From Planctomycetota bacterium (GTDB lineage Bacteria > Planctomycetota > GCA-002687715 > CAIWVZ01): a stretch of 64,000 bases of DNA. Both the position numbers and the translations under genes were made by a program. The stretch spans positions 160,001-224,000 of the forward strand of contig JBGANV010000004.1 in assembly GCA_044222185.1 (NCBI GenBank). The letters are read 5' to 3'. Numbering within the stretch: the first letter of the stretch is position 1; every line of letters starts with the position of its first letter. This document shows positions 31,515 to 40,843 of this stretch, piece by piece. The notes below the pieces were generated by a model that did no database searches, was not told where the DNA came from, and saw only the letters and a program-made list of their open reading frames with translations.

Positions 31515-32560
31515 TCGGCGAATTCGTCACGCGCGCGCTGATCTCCCAAGCCGAGGCGGGGCGGCTCCCCGACGCCTGGATCCGGGCCGGCATCCGCCGA
31601 CTGCTCCGGAAGCGACTCGAGCAAGAGTGCGTGGGGAACCCCGCCGCCGTGGCGACGCGGACGGCTGCGTTCGAGCACGCGCTGCGCAGCGCGACCGTCG
31701 CCGTGGAGACCGCTGCCGCCAACGTGCAGCACTACGAGGCGCCAACCGAGTTCTATCGGATCTCGCTTGGTCCGCGGATGAAGTACAGCGGCTGCCTGTG
31801 GTCCGACGGCGTCGTCGACCTCGCTGGCGCGGAGCTCGCCTCCCTCGAACAGGTCGCGGCGAGGGCGCGATTGGTCGATGGCCAGGACGTGCTCGAGCTG
31901 GGCTGCGGATGGGGTTCGTTCACCCTGTGGGCCGCGGAGACGTTCCCGAACTCGCGCTTCACGGGCGTGTCCAACTCGCGGACGCAGCGGGAGTGGATCG
32001 AGTCGGAAGCGATCCGCCGCGGACTGGCCAACGTCACGGTCCAGACGTGCGACATGAACGTGTTCGACCCGGGACGGACGTTCGACCGCATCGTGTCCAT
32101 CGAGATGTTCGAGCACATGCGGAACTACGAGGTGCTGTTGTCGCGCATCGCTCGCTGGATGCGATCGCAGGCGACGCTCTTCATCCACGTGTTCTGTCAC
32201 CGCACGGCCGCCTATCCGTTCGAGGTCGGCGGCGCCGCCGATTGGATGGCGCGCGAGTTCTTCACGGGCGGGCTGATGCCCAGCGCGGATTTCATCCCGC
32301 GGTTTCGGGGCGAGCTCATCCACGAGGCGACGCATCTCGTCGGCGGTGAGCACTACCAGAAGACGGCCGAGGCGTGGCTTGCCAACACGGATGCCCGTGC
32401 GGACGCGGCGCTCGCGGCGTTGTCGGATGGCGTGAAGCCTTCGGAGGCGGCGCTGCGACTGCAGCGACGGCGGATCTTCTACATGGCCTGCGCCGAGCTC
32501 TTCGGCTTCGCCGGGGGCCGGGAGTGGCTCGTCGCGCACCACGTGTTTCGCAAGGCGTGA
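31511..32560 (+). CDS. Class I SAM-dependent methyltransferase (CFA/coclaurine-N-methyltransferase-like)
   Basis: ANVQHYE, LGPRMKYS, LELGCGWGS, SIEMFEHMRNY, FFTGGLMPS, ACAELFG. GTGA overlap. Confidence 0.92.
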   Translation: MIGEFVTRALISQAEAGRLPDAWIRAGIRRLLRKRLEQECVGNPAAVATRTAAFEHALRSATVAVETAAANVQHYEAPTEFYRISLGPRMKYSGCLWSDGVVDLAGAELASLEQVAARARLVDGQDVLELGCGWGSFTLWAAETFPNSRFTGVSNSRTQREWIESEAIRRGLANVTVQTCDMNVFDPGRTFDRIVSIEMFEHMRNYEVLLSRIARWMRSQATLFIHVFCHRTAAYPFEVGGAADWMAREFFTGGLMPSADFIPRFRGELIHEATHLVGGEHYQKTAEAWLANTDARADAALAALSDGVKPSEAALRLQRRRIFYMACAELFGFAGGREWLVAHHVFRKA

Positions 32561-32579
32561 CGGGAGCGCAGCGGCGTGG

Positions 32580-33830
32580 TCACCATTCGATGCCGAGGCC
32601 GCGCGCGACGTCGACGGCCGAGCGCAGGCCGTCCTCGTGGAAGCCGAACCCCAGATGGGCACCGGCGAACCAGGTGCGACGGCGTCCGTTCAGCGCGCGC
32701 AGCGCTGCGCGGGCTGCTGCGGCGGCGGGAGTGCCCAACGGGTGTTCGAACGTCGTGCGATGGGCCACGTCGGCGTCTCCCAAGGGAGCCTCGGCGTTCA
32801 GCGTGACCGACCACGGCGTGCGCGTCGGCAGCGACTGGAGGCGGGTCATGGCGTAGGTGATCGGGACGCCGACCTCGGGCGCGCGGCAGTCGCGGACGCG
32901 GTAGTTCCACGAGGCCGCGGCTGCGGCGGATCGGGGAAGGAACGTGGGGTCGCGGTGGAGCACCAGCGGGTTCGTCGCGTACTCGAACGCGGCGAGAGCC
33001 GTCCGCTCCTCGGGCGCGGCGTCCTGCAGGAGCCGCAGGGTCATGTCCGCGTGCACGGCGAACACGACGGCATCGAACCGGAGGTGCTCGCCGGCGGCGG
33101 TCACGGTCACGCCGTCGTCGTCACGCCGGACGGCGGCCACGGGCGTCGCCGTGCGCACGCGCGGCCCCAGGATCCCGAGGAGTTTGCGGACGTAGGTTCG
33201 GCTCCCACCCGTGACGGTGCGCCACCGCGGTCGTCCGCCGAACGCGAGCAGCCCGTGGTTGTCGTAGAAGCGGAACAACTCGCCGATGGGAAACTCGCCG
33301 GTGCGACGGGCCGACGTCGACCAGATGGCGGCGGTCATCGGCGCGAGGAAGTGTCGTTCGAAGTCGTCACTCAGGGCCGCCCGGCGCCGCCACACGTCCA
33401 GCGGCATGGCCGCCATCGCCGGATCGTTCAGGGCCGCTCGCGCGCGCCGGAAGAAGCGGCGGAACCCCATCACGGTGCGCCAGAACGCAGGCTTCAGGAC
33501 GTTCGACGGTTTCGCGAGCAGCGCCCGGAGCGACGTCGTCGCGAACTCGATCTTGCAGCGCTCGCAAGCGACGCTGAACGACATGTCGGACGCTCGTGTC
33601 GGGACGTCGAGCTCGGCGAACAGCCGTGTGAGCAGCGGATAGGTGCGTTCGTTGTAGACGATGAACCCTACGTCGATGGGGATCGTGGTCTCGCCGTCGA
33701 CGACGTCGATCGTGCGTGCGTGACCGCCGGCCAGCGGCTCGCGCTCGAACACCGTGACGTCGTGACTGCGACGAAGGATGTAGGCCGCGCCGAGTCCCGA
33801 GATGCCGGCGCCGATCACCGCGATACGCAT
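32580..33830 (-). CDS. FAD-dependent oxidoreductase, amine-oxidase family (UfaD-like)
   Basis: GAGISGL dinucleotide motif, GGHART, DVGFIVYNERTYP, SDMSFSV, ASWNY, GFHEDGLRSA. Confidence 0.92.
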   Translation of the reverse strand: MRIAVIGAGISGLGAAYILRRSHDVTVFEREPLAGGHARTIDVVDGETTIPIDVGFIVYNERTYPLLTRLFAELDVPTRASDMSFSVACERCKIEFATTSLRALLAKPSNVLKPAFWRTVMGFRRFFRRARAALNDPAMAAMPLDVWRRRAALSDDFERHFLAPMTAAIWSTSARRTGEFPIGELFRFYDNHGLLAFGGRPRWRTVTGGSRTYVRKLLGILGPRVRTATPVAAVRRDDDGVTVTAAGEHLRFDAVVFAVHADMTLRLLQDAAPEERTALAAFEYATNPLVLHRDPTFLPRSAAAAASWNYRVRDCRAPEVGVPITYAMTRLQSLPTRTPWSVTLNAEAPLGDADVAHRTTFEHPLGTPAAAAARAALRALNGRRRTWFAGAHLGFGFHEDGLRSAVDVARGLGIEW

Positions 33831-33944
33831 GGCGCGAGCGTAGCAGCCCGTTGATCGAGTGTCGCCGTCACGCGCGGTGCGAAGGTCGGCGGTGACGCGC
33901 CGCAGGCTTCTCGTTCCGCCGGACGGGCGTTATGAAGCGCGACG

Positions 33945-34487
33945 ATGCTGCAACCCGGCGACTTCGCTCCCGACGTCTCGGTCCTCACGGTCGATGGAGC
34001 TTCCGCGACACTCGCTTCGTTCCGAACGGGCCCCGTCACGATCTTCGAGTTCGTGCGTCACCTGGGTTGAATCTTCTGCCGCGAACAGCTCGGTGAGCTG
34101 AAGTCCAGGAAGGCCGCGTTCGACGAGCGCGGTGCGACGATCGTCGTCGTCTCCCTCGCGAGCCCTTCGGCGACGAAGGCGTTCGCGACGACGCAGGAGC
34201 TGCCGTTCACCTGCGTCTCGTCTGCGGACGGTGCGGCGCATCGCGCGTTCGGCCTTCGCAAGGGCCGGTTGTGCGAGCTCCTCGGGTGGTCCGTGATTCG
34301 GGCCGGCATCCGCTCGTTCTTCGCCGGCCATCGCGCCGGCCTGCCCGCGGGCGACATGACGATTCTCCCGGGCACGTTCGCCGTCGACGGGGCCGGGCGA
34401 GTGGTCTTCGTGCACTACGGCCGCACCAGCGCTGACCATTTGCGCGCAGATGCGTCGCTCGCGCGGCTCGACGCCGTGCGGCGATAG
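33945..34487 (+). CDS. Peroxiredoxin-like AhpC/TSA_2 (SelL/SelU/PRXL2-like) selenoprotein with UxxC; in-frame TGA at 34068-34070
   Basis: Manual translation: MLQPGDFAPDVSVLTVDG...IFEFVRHLG*IFCREQLGEL...AHRAFGL...LPGTFAVDGAGRVVFVHYGRTSADH. The stop falls exactly at the first Cys of the family motif RHLGCxFC, and family-like sequence continues in frame for 138 codons. Confidence 0.85.
34071..34112 (+). promoter_or_regulatory. Candidate bacterial SECIS element
   Basis: CAGCTC-GGT-GAGCTG perfect 6-bp stem (34086-34100); loop starts with G, 21 nt after the UGA; possible lower stem TTCTG/CAGGA. Confidence 0.7.
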
Positions 34488-34646
34488 ACGCGCGGTATGT
34501 CTCGGTCCGGGCTCCGTTCGTCGCGCGGCGACTCGCGCACGGTGACGCGCGTTGACTCGACCACGGGGCCGCCGAGTACACTGTGGCCGCGCCCAGGCGA
34601 ACGCGCGGTTCGCACGTCCCCCGACCTTCGAAAGCAGGGTTCGACC

Positions 34647-35150
34647 ATGGTCACCAATCGATCGAGTGGTTTCATTCTCGTCGCGTTGCTCGTCACGTCC
34701 GTGGCGGCGGCGCAGTTTCCCATCGGGGCCGTCGGGTTCAGTTGGAGCGGCACGACGACTCCCAGCGCCGGGAACTTCTGTTGGGGTTTCAGCTGCGCGC
34801 CCGATTCCGTCACGGTGGCCGTCGGCGAGACCGTCACGATTCGCGTGCGTGGCGATTACCAGCAGCCTTACGCGATAGGTTTCTCCACTTCGGCCACACG
34901 CTGCATCACGATCCCCGGCGTGCTCCACAACCTCATTCTCGATGATCCGATCACGGTCGTGTGGACCGGCTTCCTCGTCGTGGGCAGTCCGATCCTCGCG
35001 TGCCCGTCGGGGACGGACGCGGTGACCGTCGTCATCCCGCCGTTCTTCCCGTCCGGGACGACGTTCGCGCTTCAGGCCGTGGCCGGCACGCTCGGGCCGG
35101 CCGGAAGTCAGCTTTCGTTCACGTCCGCACTTGCCGTGACCGTCAGCTGA
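34647..35150 (+). CDS. Small secreted protein consisting mostly of the recurrent C-terminal beta domain
   Basis: Signal peptide (..VTSVAAA-QF); ends VIPPFFPSGTTFALQAVA...SFTSALAVTVS. Confidence 0.7.
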   Translation: MVTNRSSGFILVALLVTSVAAAQFPIGAVGFSWSGTTTPSAGNFCWGFSCAPDSVTVAVGETVTIRVRGDYQQPYAIGFSTSATRCITIPGVLHNLILDDPITVVWTGFLVVGSPILACPSGTDAVTVVIPPFFPSGTTFALQAVAGTLGPAGSQLSFTSALAVTVS

Positions 35151-35168
35151 GGCGTGCTTCGCGGGCGT

Positions 35169-36632
35169 TCACGGGGTGCGACCCGTGAGCGCCATCGCCT
35201 CGGTGTCGATCCACGTGTTCCAGGCTGCCTGCAATTCGTCCAGGCCCATGCCGAAGGCCTCTCGCGACACGGCGTCGATGGCTGCCGGCAGGTTCGCGCG
35301 TGCCGTGCCTGCCTTCGCCAGGAACCGCGTGAAGCTCGGCGCGAAACGCGGGTCCTCACGCAGGAACGTGATGATCAGCGCGCTCTGCATGCGTGCGTCG
35401 AGATGATCTGGGCCCGTCGTCTTGCGCCATGGGTGGCGGTCGTCGTCGAGTGCCCACTGACTCAGATCGTCGAATCCGATCCCGTTCATGACGCTCGCGA
35501 ACGAAGCGCGGCGGCCGCGCGCGGCGACCTCGGCGCACGTGTGCAGGTGCGCGCGCGACAGCTGGACGTAGTCCGCGACACCCTCCTGCAGCCACTTGCC
35601 GCCGCCGGGGATGAACAGCCGGTTCTCGAAGATCTCGTGCGTCGCTTCGTGAACGAGGATCGGATCCTCCGGACCGCGATACCACGTCACGAACGTGTCG
35701 CCGCCCTGGTGCCCGAGCCGAACGTCGGACGGCCGGCACCGGTCGTACTCCGCCTCGCTCTTGAAGAGGATCAGCGGCATGAGCCGCCGCTCGCGCGCTT
35801 CGGTGAACGGAAACGCCTCGCGCACCTTCTCGTGATTGCGCTCGAGGCGGCGCAGCAGCGAAGCGCCGGCGTCGATCGTCGAGAGGACGATGTAGTGTTG
35901 GGTACGCGTGATCTGCTTCAGCACGGGTAGCTCGTCACCCTCGTAGGCGAAGGACTTCACGTACGAATCGAAGCGCGCCTTGGCCTCGGCGTCCGTCCAG
36001 CGCTCGTCCCGCAGGGCCCCGACGTGGTGAATCCCGTGCTGGAACAGGTCCAGGACGCGCGCTTCGACGTCCGGCGAAGCAGCCGGCGCGCTGAGGACCT
36101 GAAGGATCCAACCGCGCGACGCCGCGATTCCGGCAAGCACGTAGAGCCGGCCCTGGTCGGCGCCGGTCGCGAGCTTCGTGAGTCGGCCCTGCGCATACCC
36201 GGCGAGTGGTGTTCCGCCGTAGTCGCCTCGCCAGGTCTCGATGTCACCGATGCGTGCGACGAGTCCGCGATGCGTGAACGCATCGCGCAACTCCTCCGCG
36301 CAGGGTTCGCTCGACTGATGCGAGCAGAATGCGACCGCCGGCGTTCGGACGCTCGTCTTCAGCAGCCACAACAGCGACTCCGGTTCGGAGATCAGGAAGT
36401 CGTTCACGGGAACGATCTGGAGGAGAAACTCCACTTCCGAACCGAGAAGCTCGCCGCGCCACGAACGCGACTTGATGCGCCCGCCGCCGTCCGAGGTGAC
36501 GGCGTTGGTGAGAGGCGGGAGCGCCAGTGTGAGCGAGTGACCGGTCTCGACAGGCACGGTCTCCACGCCCTGCGCTGCGACGAGCGGGAGGATGAGAAGG
36601 ACGGCCGCAAGCACCTTGTTGGTCGGGAACAT
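35169..36632 (-). CDS. Secreted gluzincin metallopeptidase (DUF1570/peptidase MA-like)
   Basis: Signal peptide; ILVHEATHEIF followed by WLQEGVADY. Confidence 0.75.
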   Translation of the reverse strand: MFPTNKVLAAVLLILPLVAAQGVETVPVETGHSLTLALPPLTNAVTSDGGGRIKSRSWRGELLGSEVEFLLQIVPVNDFLISEPESLLWLLKTSVRTPAVAFCSHQSSEPCAEELRDAFTHRGLVARIGDIETWRGDYGGTPLAGYAQGRLTKLATGADQGRLYVLAGIAASRGWILQVLSAPAASPDVEARVLDLFQHGIHHVGALRDERWTDAEAKARFDSYVKSFAYEGDELPVLKQITRTQHYIVLSTIDAGASLLRRLERNHEKVREAFPFTEARERRLMPLILFKSEAEYDRCRPSDVRLGHQGGDTFVTWYRGPEDPILVHEATHEIFENRLFIPGGGKWLQEGVADYVQLSRAHLHTCAEVAARGRRASFASVMNGIGFDDLSQWALDDDRHPWRKTTGPDHLDARMQSALIITFLREDPRFAPSFTRFLAKAGTARANLPAAIDAVSREAFGMGLDELQAAWNTWIDTEAMALTGRTP

Positions 36633-36861
36633 GCCCTTCCCATCGCAAGTGCGGGGCCCAATGCCCGGTCACCCCGGCTGACGACCCGTCGATCGATCCG
36701 AAGTCCATCGGCGCCAATGGTCTGCGGTGGACGAGAAGCCGGGAACCCGGCCCCGGTTGACGCGGCCACGAACGCTACGTGTGAGTAACGCGTGCCGGTC
36801 CGGAACGCTGAGAACGCGTCCATCGCGCAGCGGGGCAAGGCGCGCTATCTCATGGCCCATC

Positions 36862-37560
36862 ATGTTCACCTTCCGCCTCGCTTCCGATCGTGGCCATGCC
36901 AACCATGGGTGGCTGGATACCTGGCACTCGTTCTCCTTCGCGAACTACTTCGACCCCGAGCACATGGGGTTCCGCGTGCTCCGCGTGATCAACGAGGATC
37001 GCGTCGCGGCGGAGAAGGGGTTCGGGATGCATCCGCACCGCGACATGGAGATCGTCACCTACGTGCTCAGCGGCAAGCTCGAGCACCGCGACAGCATGGG
37101 GAACGGCGAGGTGATCCAGGCTGGCGAGGTGCAGCAGATGACCGCGGGCACGGGAGTCATGCACAGCGAGTTCAACCCGAGCACGACGGAAGCCGTTCAC
37201 CTCTATCAGATCTGGCTTCTGCCGGATCAGCGCGGACGTGAGCCGCGGTACGCCCAGCGATCGTTCCCCAAGGCGGACCGCGCCGGACGGTGGCAGCTGA
37301 TCGTCTCCCCGGACGGCCGAGGCGGATCGCTCCCGATTCACCAGGATGCGACGATCGAACTGGCCGAGCTCGCGGCCGGCGCCAAACTGGCGCGGCCGTT
37401 CGCCACTGGCCGTCACGGCTGGTTGCAGGTGCTGCGTGGGTCGCTCGAGGCGGCCGGTCGCACGCTTTCGGCAGGGGACGCCGTCGCCATCTCCACCGAA
37501 CCGTCGATCACGCTCGTCGCGAAGGACGCCGCCGAGGTCATGATGTTCGACCTGCCGTGA
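36862..37560 (+). CDS. Pirin family protein (YhhW-like)
   Basis: RGHANHGWLDTWHSFSFANYFDP, GFGMHPHRDMEIVTYV, MTAGTGVMHSEFN, YQIW. Confidence 0.95.
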   Translation: MFTFRLASDRGHANHGWLDTWHSFSFANYFDPEHMGFRVLRVINEDRVAAEKGFGMHPHRDMEIVTYVLSGKLEHRDSMGNGEVIQAGEVQQMTAGTGVMHSEFNPSTTEAVHLYQIWLLPDQRGREPRYAQRSFPKADRAGRWQLIVSPDGRGGSLPIHQDATIELAELAAGAKLARPFATGRHGWLQVLRGSLEAAGRTLSAGDAVAISTEPSITLVAKDAAEVMMFDLP

Positions 37561-37582
37561 GGCGGCGCGGACGCGAGCCGTT

Positions 37583-38821
37583 TCAGAACGGCTGGAACTC
37601 GATCAGGATCGCGCTCGACATGAGGCCGACTCCGCTCGGCGTCGACGGGTCGAGCGAGGCTCCCGCGACGTAGAGCTGCAAGCCGGACAGGGCGCCGACG
37701 GGGTCACCGGCAAATCCGAATGCGGTGCCGTCCGGGCCCAACGTCCCGAGGAATCCTCCGGTGAACGGCGGGATGTCCGTGGCGAGCGTCGTCGTGAAGA
37801 CGAAGTCGGGATCGAGCGGGACGAACAGCGAGCCCACGTTGAAGCCCGTGTTGCCGAGCGACGCGGCAAGCACGTAGGGCGCTCCCGGCCGTGCGCCGTC
37901 GCGGAAATTCAGCGACATCGACGACGTGATCGCCGCGTACCCGCTGTGCCAGAGCCCGTTGAAGCGCGTGGAGAGGATTTCCTGGCTGCCTTGCGCGGTC
38001 GTGTAGCCCGCGGCGACGTACATCTCCAACCCGTCCGACGACGGCGCCGCGCCGTAGACGCCGAGCGATGGTCCGACGGTGTCGAATTCGGGCAAGTGCA
38101 CGGAGCTCGTGAACGGAGCACTGCGATTCACGCGCGTCGCGCGAAACACCTGGATCCGGCTCACGGGCGAGGGGAGGAACTCGGTGTAGGTCAGCGTCAG
38201 GCCGTCGGCCGAGACGTGAACGTCGCGGTGCGTGTTCGCGTTGGCGAGGCCGGTGACGATGGTCGGCGTGCCGAACGGAACGCTCGTGTTTGGTCGCGTG
38301 GCAACCGCGATCGCGTTGTTGGGCGTCGCAGGTGCGCCCCAGCCCGTCGTGAGCATGTAGATCTCGAGTTCGTCGCCCGTGATCGACGGAGACGATTCGC
38401 TTCCGGAGGAGTTCAGCTCCGTGACGAACGTCGGCGTGCCCCAGGGTGCCGCCGTCGACGGTCGCGTCGACTTCATCACGTCGAAGCCGCCCACGCCTCC
38501 CGCTCGGTTGCTCGCGAGGTAGATCTCCAGTCCGCTCGTCGTGATGAACGGGTTGTCGTCCGTCGCGCTGCCGCCGAGGGCCGCTTCGAGAACGGGTGTG
38601 GTCCAAGGCGACGTGCGCGACGCGCGCGTCGCCGAGTAGATCTCCCAGTTCGAGCTTCGGAACGACGCGAAGTACAGCGTCAGGTCGTCGGCGGAAAGCT
38701 GCGGCGACGTGTCGGCGGCAGTGCTGTTGACGGCCGTTTCGAGAACAGGCACGGACCAGACGCTCTGCGCTGAAGCAACGCAGGCGAACAGGGCGAGACA
38801 GAGGACGAGCGATGAACGCAT
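37583..38821 (-). CDS. Secreted PD40/WD40-like beta-propeller protein with C-terminal beta domain
   Basis: About 5 repeats of type NSxxxDxxPxlsxDgLxlYfaS...iyxATRxxxxxPfxxP; signal peptide. Confidence 0.85.
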   Translation of the reverse strand: MRSSLVLCLALFACVASAQSVWSVPVLETAVNSTAADTSPQLSADDLTLYFASFRSSNWEIYSATRASRTSPWTTPVLEAALGGSATDDNPFITTSGLEIYLASNRAGGVGGFDVMKSTRPSTAAPWGTPTFVTELNSSGSESSPSITGDELEIYMLTTGWGAPATPNNAIAVATRPNTSVPFGTPTIVTGLANANTHRDVHVSADGLTLTYTEFLPSPVSRIQVFRATRVNRSAPFTSSVHLPEFDTVGPSLGVYGAAPSSDGLEMYVAAGYTTAQGSQEILSTRFNGLWHSGYAAITSSMSLNFRDGARPGAPYVLAASLGNTGFNVGSLFVPLDPDFVFTTTLATDIPPFTGGFLGTLGPDGTAFGFAGDPVGALSGLQLYVAGASLDPSTPSGVGLMSSAILIEFQPF

Positions 38822-38912
38822 GCTGGCGGCTCCTGTTTGTTCGAGCGGTTGGGCGAAGCCGCCAGGATAGAGTTCGCGCCGTGGCCGGGCAAATCGGCGC
38901 GGCGGCGCGACG

Positions 38913-40751
38913 TCAGCGGAGACGGTCCGGTCGAGTCTCTCGTTCCGGATTGTTCGGAGTCTGGGTCGCTGGCTGACCGAGTTTCTTGATTTCGGCGTGG
39001 TTCAGCAGGAACTCGCGCCGCTTGTCGGCAAAGACGCGCAGGCTGGCCGTCATTCGGCGCGCGCCGGCGCGTGCTTCCCCCTTGGGCTCGGCGGGCGGCG
39101 CATCGGCGACCGCGGCGACGAACGCTTCGTACGTCGACAGCTTGCGCGTATCGGCCTTCACCTCCGCATCGATCAGCTCGCGGTACTTCGCGACCACCGG
39201 GCCGAGCGTCTTCCAGTCGAGCCACGTGGAGGCGATGTCGCGGACGTAGCGCAGGTAGCGCTCGCGGAGCGCTGGCACGGCGAGCAGCCTGCTTCGAAGC
39301 GGCTTCCCCGCATCCTTGGCGCCGACGAGCGGATCGAGCGTGACGCCACCCGCGCCTCCGGGGCCTCGCCCCATGCCACGCCGGCCGCCCTCGCCGCGCT
39401 GCGGCTGACCGCCGTCGGAGGGACGCGGAGGTTGCATGCCCTCGCCGCCCGGAGGTGTGCCGCCCGGTGCCGGCGCTCCGTCGTCACCCGGGCCCATTCC
39501 TGGTGGCGGGCGCATGCCCCCCATGCCGCCCGGTGGCCCGAATCCGCCGCCACTGGTGAAGACTTCATTCATGTCGTGCGGCAGGATGTGGAACTTCCCG
39601 TCCGCGCCTTCGAAGATGCTGTAGTCGCTGGCGCGGACCCAATACCCGTCCCCGTTCACGCACACGACCTCGAGCGCGAGGAACTTCAGGGCGCCATCGA
39701 TGTCGAAGATCGGCGTCAACGCCTCCTCGAGTTTGTCGAGCGGCGTCTCCGTGAGGACCTTGCACAGCCGAATGAGGTCCTTCCATGCCTTCGGATGGTC
39801 GTCCGATTTGATCTCGTAGCGGGCCTTGTAGTCCTCGACCTTCTCGCCGACGTAATCCAGGCCGCCCGCACCGCGCGGGCTGCCGGGGACCTTCCAGCGC
39901 GCGCCCTTCTGCCCCGCGAAGTTCTCCGCGATGAACGTCCGGTCGAACTGCTGCGCGCTCGTGTACACGCCCCAGCTTTCGCCGTTGATCACGACGCGCA
40001 CGAAGTTGGCCTTGGGAGCGGGGAGGTACTGACGGGCGATGTGCGAGTACAGCACCGTGTGGAGGAACGAGGCGTCCTCGTGCGCGTTCAAGAGGTTCAG
40101 GCTCTTGTAGCCGAGCAGGCGTTGCTTGGGGTCGCCATGGTCGAGCGACACGTCGAGCGAACGCTTGTGACCTGCGCTGACCATGAAGAGCGATGACGCG
40201 CCGCGGAAGTGCACGCCGACGTTCGGATACTTCTTGCCGTCGACGGTGAGAGTCGCCGGCACGTCCACGTCCGTGTGGATGAAGTCTCCGAGTTCGGCCT
40301 CCCACTCGGGGTTCTCGAAATCGAGGAAGATCGTTCGCAGGGCGGATTCGTCGTAGAGCGACACGGAGGCGGCGACTGGCTTCACGTCCGAAACGGCGAC
40401 CTTCGGGCCCGGCTTCGCCTCTGGCTCATCGGCCCCGAATCCGCCGGGAGGGCCGAACCCGCGTCGACCGCCGCGCTGTGTGCGCTCCGATTTGATGGAC
40501 TCGCGCGCGGCCTTGCGCTCCTCCGCGTTGAGCTTGCCGTCGCCGTCCTTGTCGAAGGTCGCGACGAGCTTGCGATCCTGTCCCATGGGGCCGCCCGGCC
40601 CTCCGGGTCCGCCCATCCCGGGTCGCCCCATCCCGCCTGGGGGTCCGAAGCCCTCTGGACCGCCAGGTGGGTCCTGTGCAATCACCGACAGGCCGAGAGC
40701 GAGGACGGAGAGGACGATGCGCCAGGAGTTCGGAGTGATGGGGCAGTGCAT
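38913..40751 (-). CDS. CotH family kinase with EF-hand and Gly/Pro-rich inserts, secreted
   Basis: VGVHFRGASS, KRSL, LNLLN, VVINGESWGVY, FHILPHDMNEVF; EF-hand DKDGDGKLNAEE. Start could instead be TTG 40763. Confidence 0.88.
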   Translation of the reverse strand: MHCPITPNSWRIVLSVLALGLSVIAQDPPGGPEGFGPPGGMGRPGMGGPGGPGGPMGQDRKLVATFDKDGDGKLNAEERKAARESIKSERTQRGGRRGFGPPGGFGADEPEAKPGPKVAVSDVKPVAASVSLYDESALRTIFLDFENPEWEAELGDFIHTDVDVPATLTVDGKKYPNVGVHFRGASSLFMVSAGHKRSLDVSLDHGDPKQRLLGYKSLNLLNAHEDASFLHTVLYSHIARQYLPAPKANFVRVVINGESWGVYTSAQQFDRTFIAENFAGQKGARWKVPGSPRGAGGLDYVGEKVEDYKARYEIKSDDHPKAWKDLIRLCKVLTETPLDKLEEALTPIFDIDGALKFLALEVVCVNGDGYWVRASDYSIFEGADGKFHILPHDMNEVFTSGGGFGPPGGMGGMRPPPGMGPGDDGAPAPGGTPPGGEGMQPPRPSDGGQPQRGEGGRRGMGRGPGGAGGVTLDPLVGAKDAGKPLRSRLLAVPALRERYLRYVRDIASTWLDWKTLGPVVAKYRELIDAEVKADTRKLSTYEAFVAAVADAPPAEPKGEARAGARRMTASLRVFADKRREFLLNHAEIKKLGQPATQTPNNPERETRPDRLR

Positions 40752-40843
40752 GCGGGTTCTCAACGGTTCATGATGCGAACACTTTCGCGCGTTCCAGGTT
40801 CCGAGGGGCGCGGCTGGCGGGCCTTACGGCCTACCGATCTCGT

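Noticed and set aside
34068-34070. Nonsense mutation/pseudogene reading of the TGA
   Set aside because: The stop sits exactly on the catalytic Cys column, both halves are intact and a SECIS-like hairpin follows, so Sec recoding is more parsimonious though unproven.
34552-34582. TTGACT-19-TACACT sigma70-like promoter
   Set aside because: Spacer is long and there is no other support, so it is not listed as a feature.
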